NCBI GenBank assembly: GCA_030390025.1
Contig: CM059432.1
Location: forward strand, 148,554,001-148,618,000
DNA: 64,000 nucleotides
Direction: 5' to 3'
Source: Squalus acanthias
Taxonomy: Eukaryota
The notes under the pieces were generated by a model. The model saw nothing but the letters and a program-made list of their open reading frames with translations, had not been told where the DNA came from and ran no database searches. The position numbers and the translations under genes are program-made. This document shows positions 62,101 through 64,000 of the stretch, piece by piece; the first letter of the stretch is position 1, and each line of letters opens with the position of its first letter.

Positions 62101-62951
62101 ATGGTAAATACATGGCAGATGCAGTATAACCTGGATAAATGTGAAATTATCCACTTCGGTGGGAAAAACAGAAAGGCAGAGTATTATTTAAATGGTGATA
62201 GATTGGGAAATGTTGATGTACAGAGGGACCTGGGTGTCCTTGTACACCAGTCACTGAAAGCAAACATGCAGGTGCAGCAAGCAGTTAGGAAGGCAAATGA
62301 TATGTTGGCCTTCATTGCAAGTGGATTTGAGTACAGGAGCAAGGATGTCTTACTACAGTTATACAGGGCCTTGGTGAGACCACACCTGGAGTACTGTGTG
62401 CAGTTTTGGTCTCCTTACCTAAGAAAGGATATACTTGCCATAGAGTGCAGCGAAGGTTCACCAGACTGATTCCTGGGATGGCAGGACTGTCGTATGAGGA
62501 GAGATTGGGTCGACTAGATCTGTATTCACTCGAGTTTAGAAGAATGAGAGGGGATCTCATTGAAGCGTATAAAATTCTGACAGGGCTAGACAGACTGGAT
62601 GCAGGGAGGATGTTTCCCCTGGCTGGGGGGTCGAGAACAAGGGGTCACAGTCTCAGGATACGGGGTAGGACATTTAGGACTGAGATGAGGAGAAATTTCT
62701 TCACTCAGAGGGTGGTGAACCTGTGGAATTCTCTACCACAGAAGGCTGTGGAGGCCAAGTCACTGAATATATTTAAGAAGGGGATAGATAGATTTCTAGA
62801 CACAAAAGGCACCAAGGGGTATGGGGAGAGAGCGGGAATATGGTATTGAGATAGAGGATCAGCCATGATCATATTGAATGGCGGAGCAGGCTCGAAGGGC
62901 TGAATGGCCTACTCCTGCTCCTATTTTTCTATGTTTCTATGTTTCTCTATG
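62101..62951 (+). mobile_element. CR1 3' fragment
   Basis: ORFs 62101-62469 and 62406-62849; (TTTCTATG)n tail. Confidence 0.92.
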
Positions 62952-62952
62952 A

Positions 62953-63635
62953 ACCAGACTGTTCACAACCTCAGCATCCTATGTGACCTTGAGCTGAGGT
63001 TGCGACCCTATAATCCTCTCCATCACCAGGAGTGCCCGTCTCGGCAGCGGCCTCAGCTCATCTACTGCTGAAACTCTCATCCATGCCTTTGCTACCCCTA
63101 GACTCAACTATTCCAACGCTCTCCTGGCCGGCCTCCCACCTTCCACCCTTTGTAAACTTGAGCTCATCCCAAACTCTGCTGCCCGTATCCTGACTCACAC
63201 CAAGTCCCGTTCACCCATCATCCCTGTGCTCACTGATCACATTGGCAATGCCTCGATTTTAAAATTCTCATCCTTGTTTTCAAATCTCACCATGGCCGCG
63301 CCCTTCCCTATCTCTGTAACCTCCTCCAGTCCTACAACCCTCCGAGATCTCCAATTCTGGCCTTTTGGACATCCCCGATTTTCATCGCTCCGCCATTGGC
63401 GGCCGTGCCTTCAGCTGCCTAGGCTCTCAGCTCTGGAATTCCCTCCCTAAACCTCTCCAATTCTCACTGAAACTCTCTCCTCCTTTAAGACACTCCTTAA
63501 AACCTACCTCGTTGACCAAGCTTTTAGTCACCTGTCCTTATATCTCCTTATGTGACTCGGTGTCAAATTTTATTTGCTAACCCTCCTGTGAAGTGCCTTG
63601 GGACATTTTACTTCGTTAAAGGTGCAAGTTGTTGA
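62953..63635 (+). mobile_element. L2 LINE 3' region
   Basis: Homolog of 20060-21600. Confidence 0.85.
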
Positions 63636-64000
63636 AGATGTCGCGCATCATTCAGAATTTACAAAATAGTCCTTTTTTAATAAATGTTATTTGAGAGAGA
63701 AGACTACTGAGTTTGAGATCATAAAATTCCTGCAGTACACTTCAAAGGTGAGTGTGACCGCGATATTGAAGCTAATTTTTGGGGGGGAAATGTCATTAGA
63801 TGAGAAGAGTGAGAGTCATCGATTGATCTTGTCCTTTTTAAACAGTGTTTTTGTGGGCATGTGGGTAATATCTGGTCTATTCCAAGGGCCTCCCCATCCA
63901 CCGCGAAGAGTAAAGGCTCCTGAGTCACCCTGACTGAATTGGGCCAGTGCCGACAACTTTGTGAAGCTTTATGCTGCGGCCTGGACTGTGAATATTGCCT

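Overview
Eukaryotic, repeat-dense vertebrate DNA, almost certainly a cartilaginous fish (shark-type CR1 LINEs, HE1-like and Deu-domain SINEs). The only host-gene sequence I can support is one 153-nt coding exon of an integrin alpha-9 (ITGA9)-like gene on the minus strand (14913-15065). The rest is most likely intron of that gene, filled with mobile DNA. It holds many CR1 copies (one with an uninterrupted EN+RT ORF2), L2 and a second CR1-group LINE family, and Penelope-type fragments carrying minimal hammerhead ribozymes. There is also a decayed Gypsy LTR element interrupted by a two-gene PIF/Harbinger transposon, about a dozen Harbinger-type MITEs with 3-bp TSDs, and a hAT-Blackjack-like element. 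The most interesting signals are: (1) an AUG-less CR1 ORF2 entered exactly by a U_UUA_AAC -1 slippery site at the ORF1 stop; (2) hammerhead motifs with stem covariation, including a back-to-back inverted pair; (3) a 96-bp gap-free fold-back of Harbinger transposase sequence; (4) recurrent Harbinger insertion into one CR1 site; (5) a CR1 subfamily with two tandem 3' tails; (6) a locally re-copied CR1 with flank capture. All family assignments come from reading the sequence, not from database searches.
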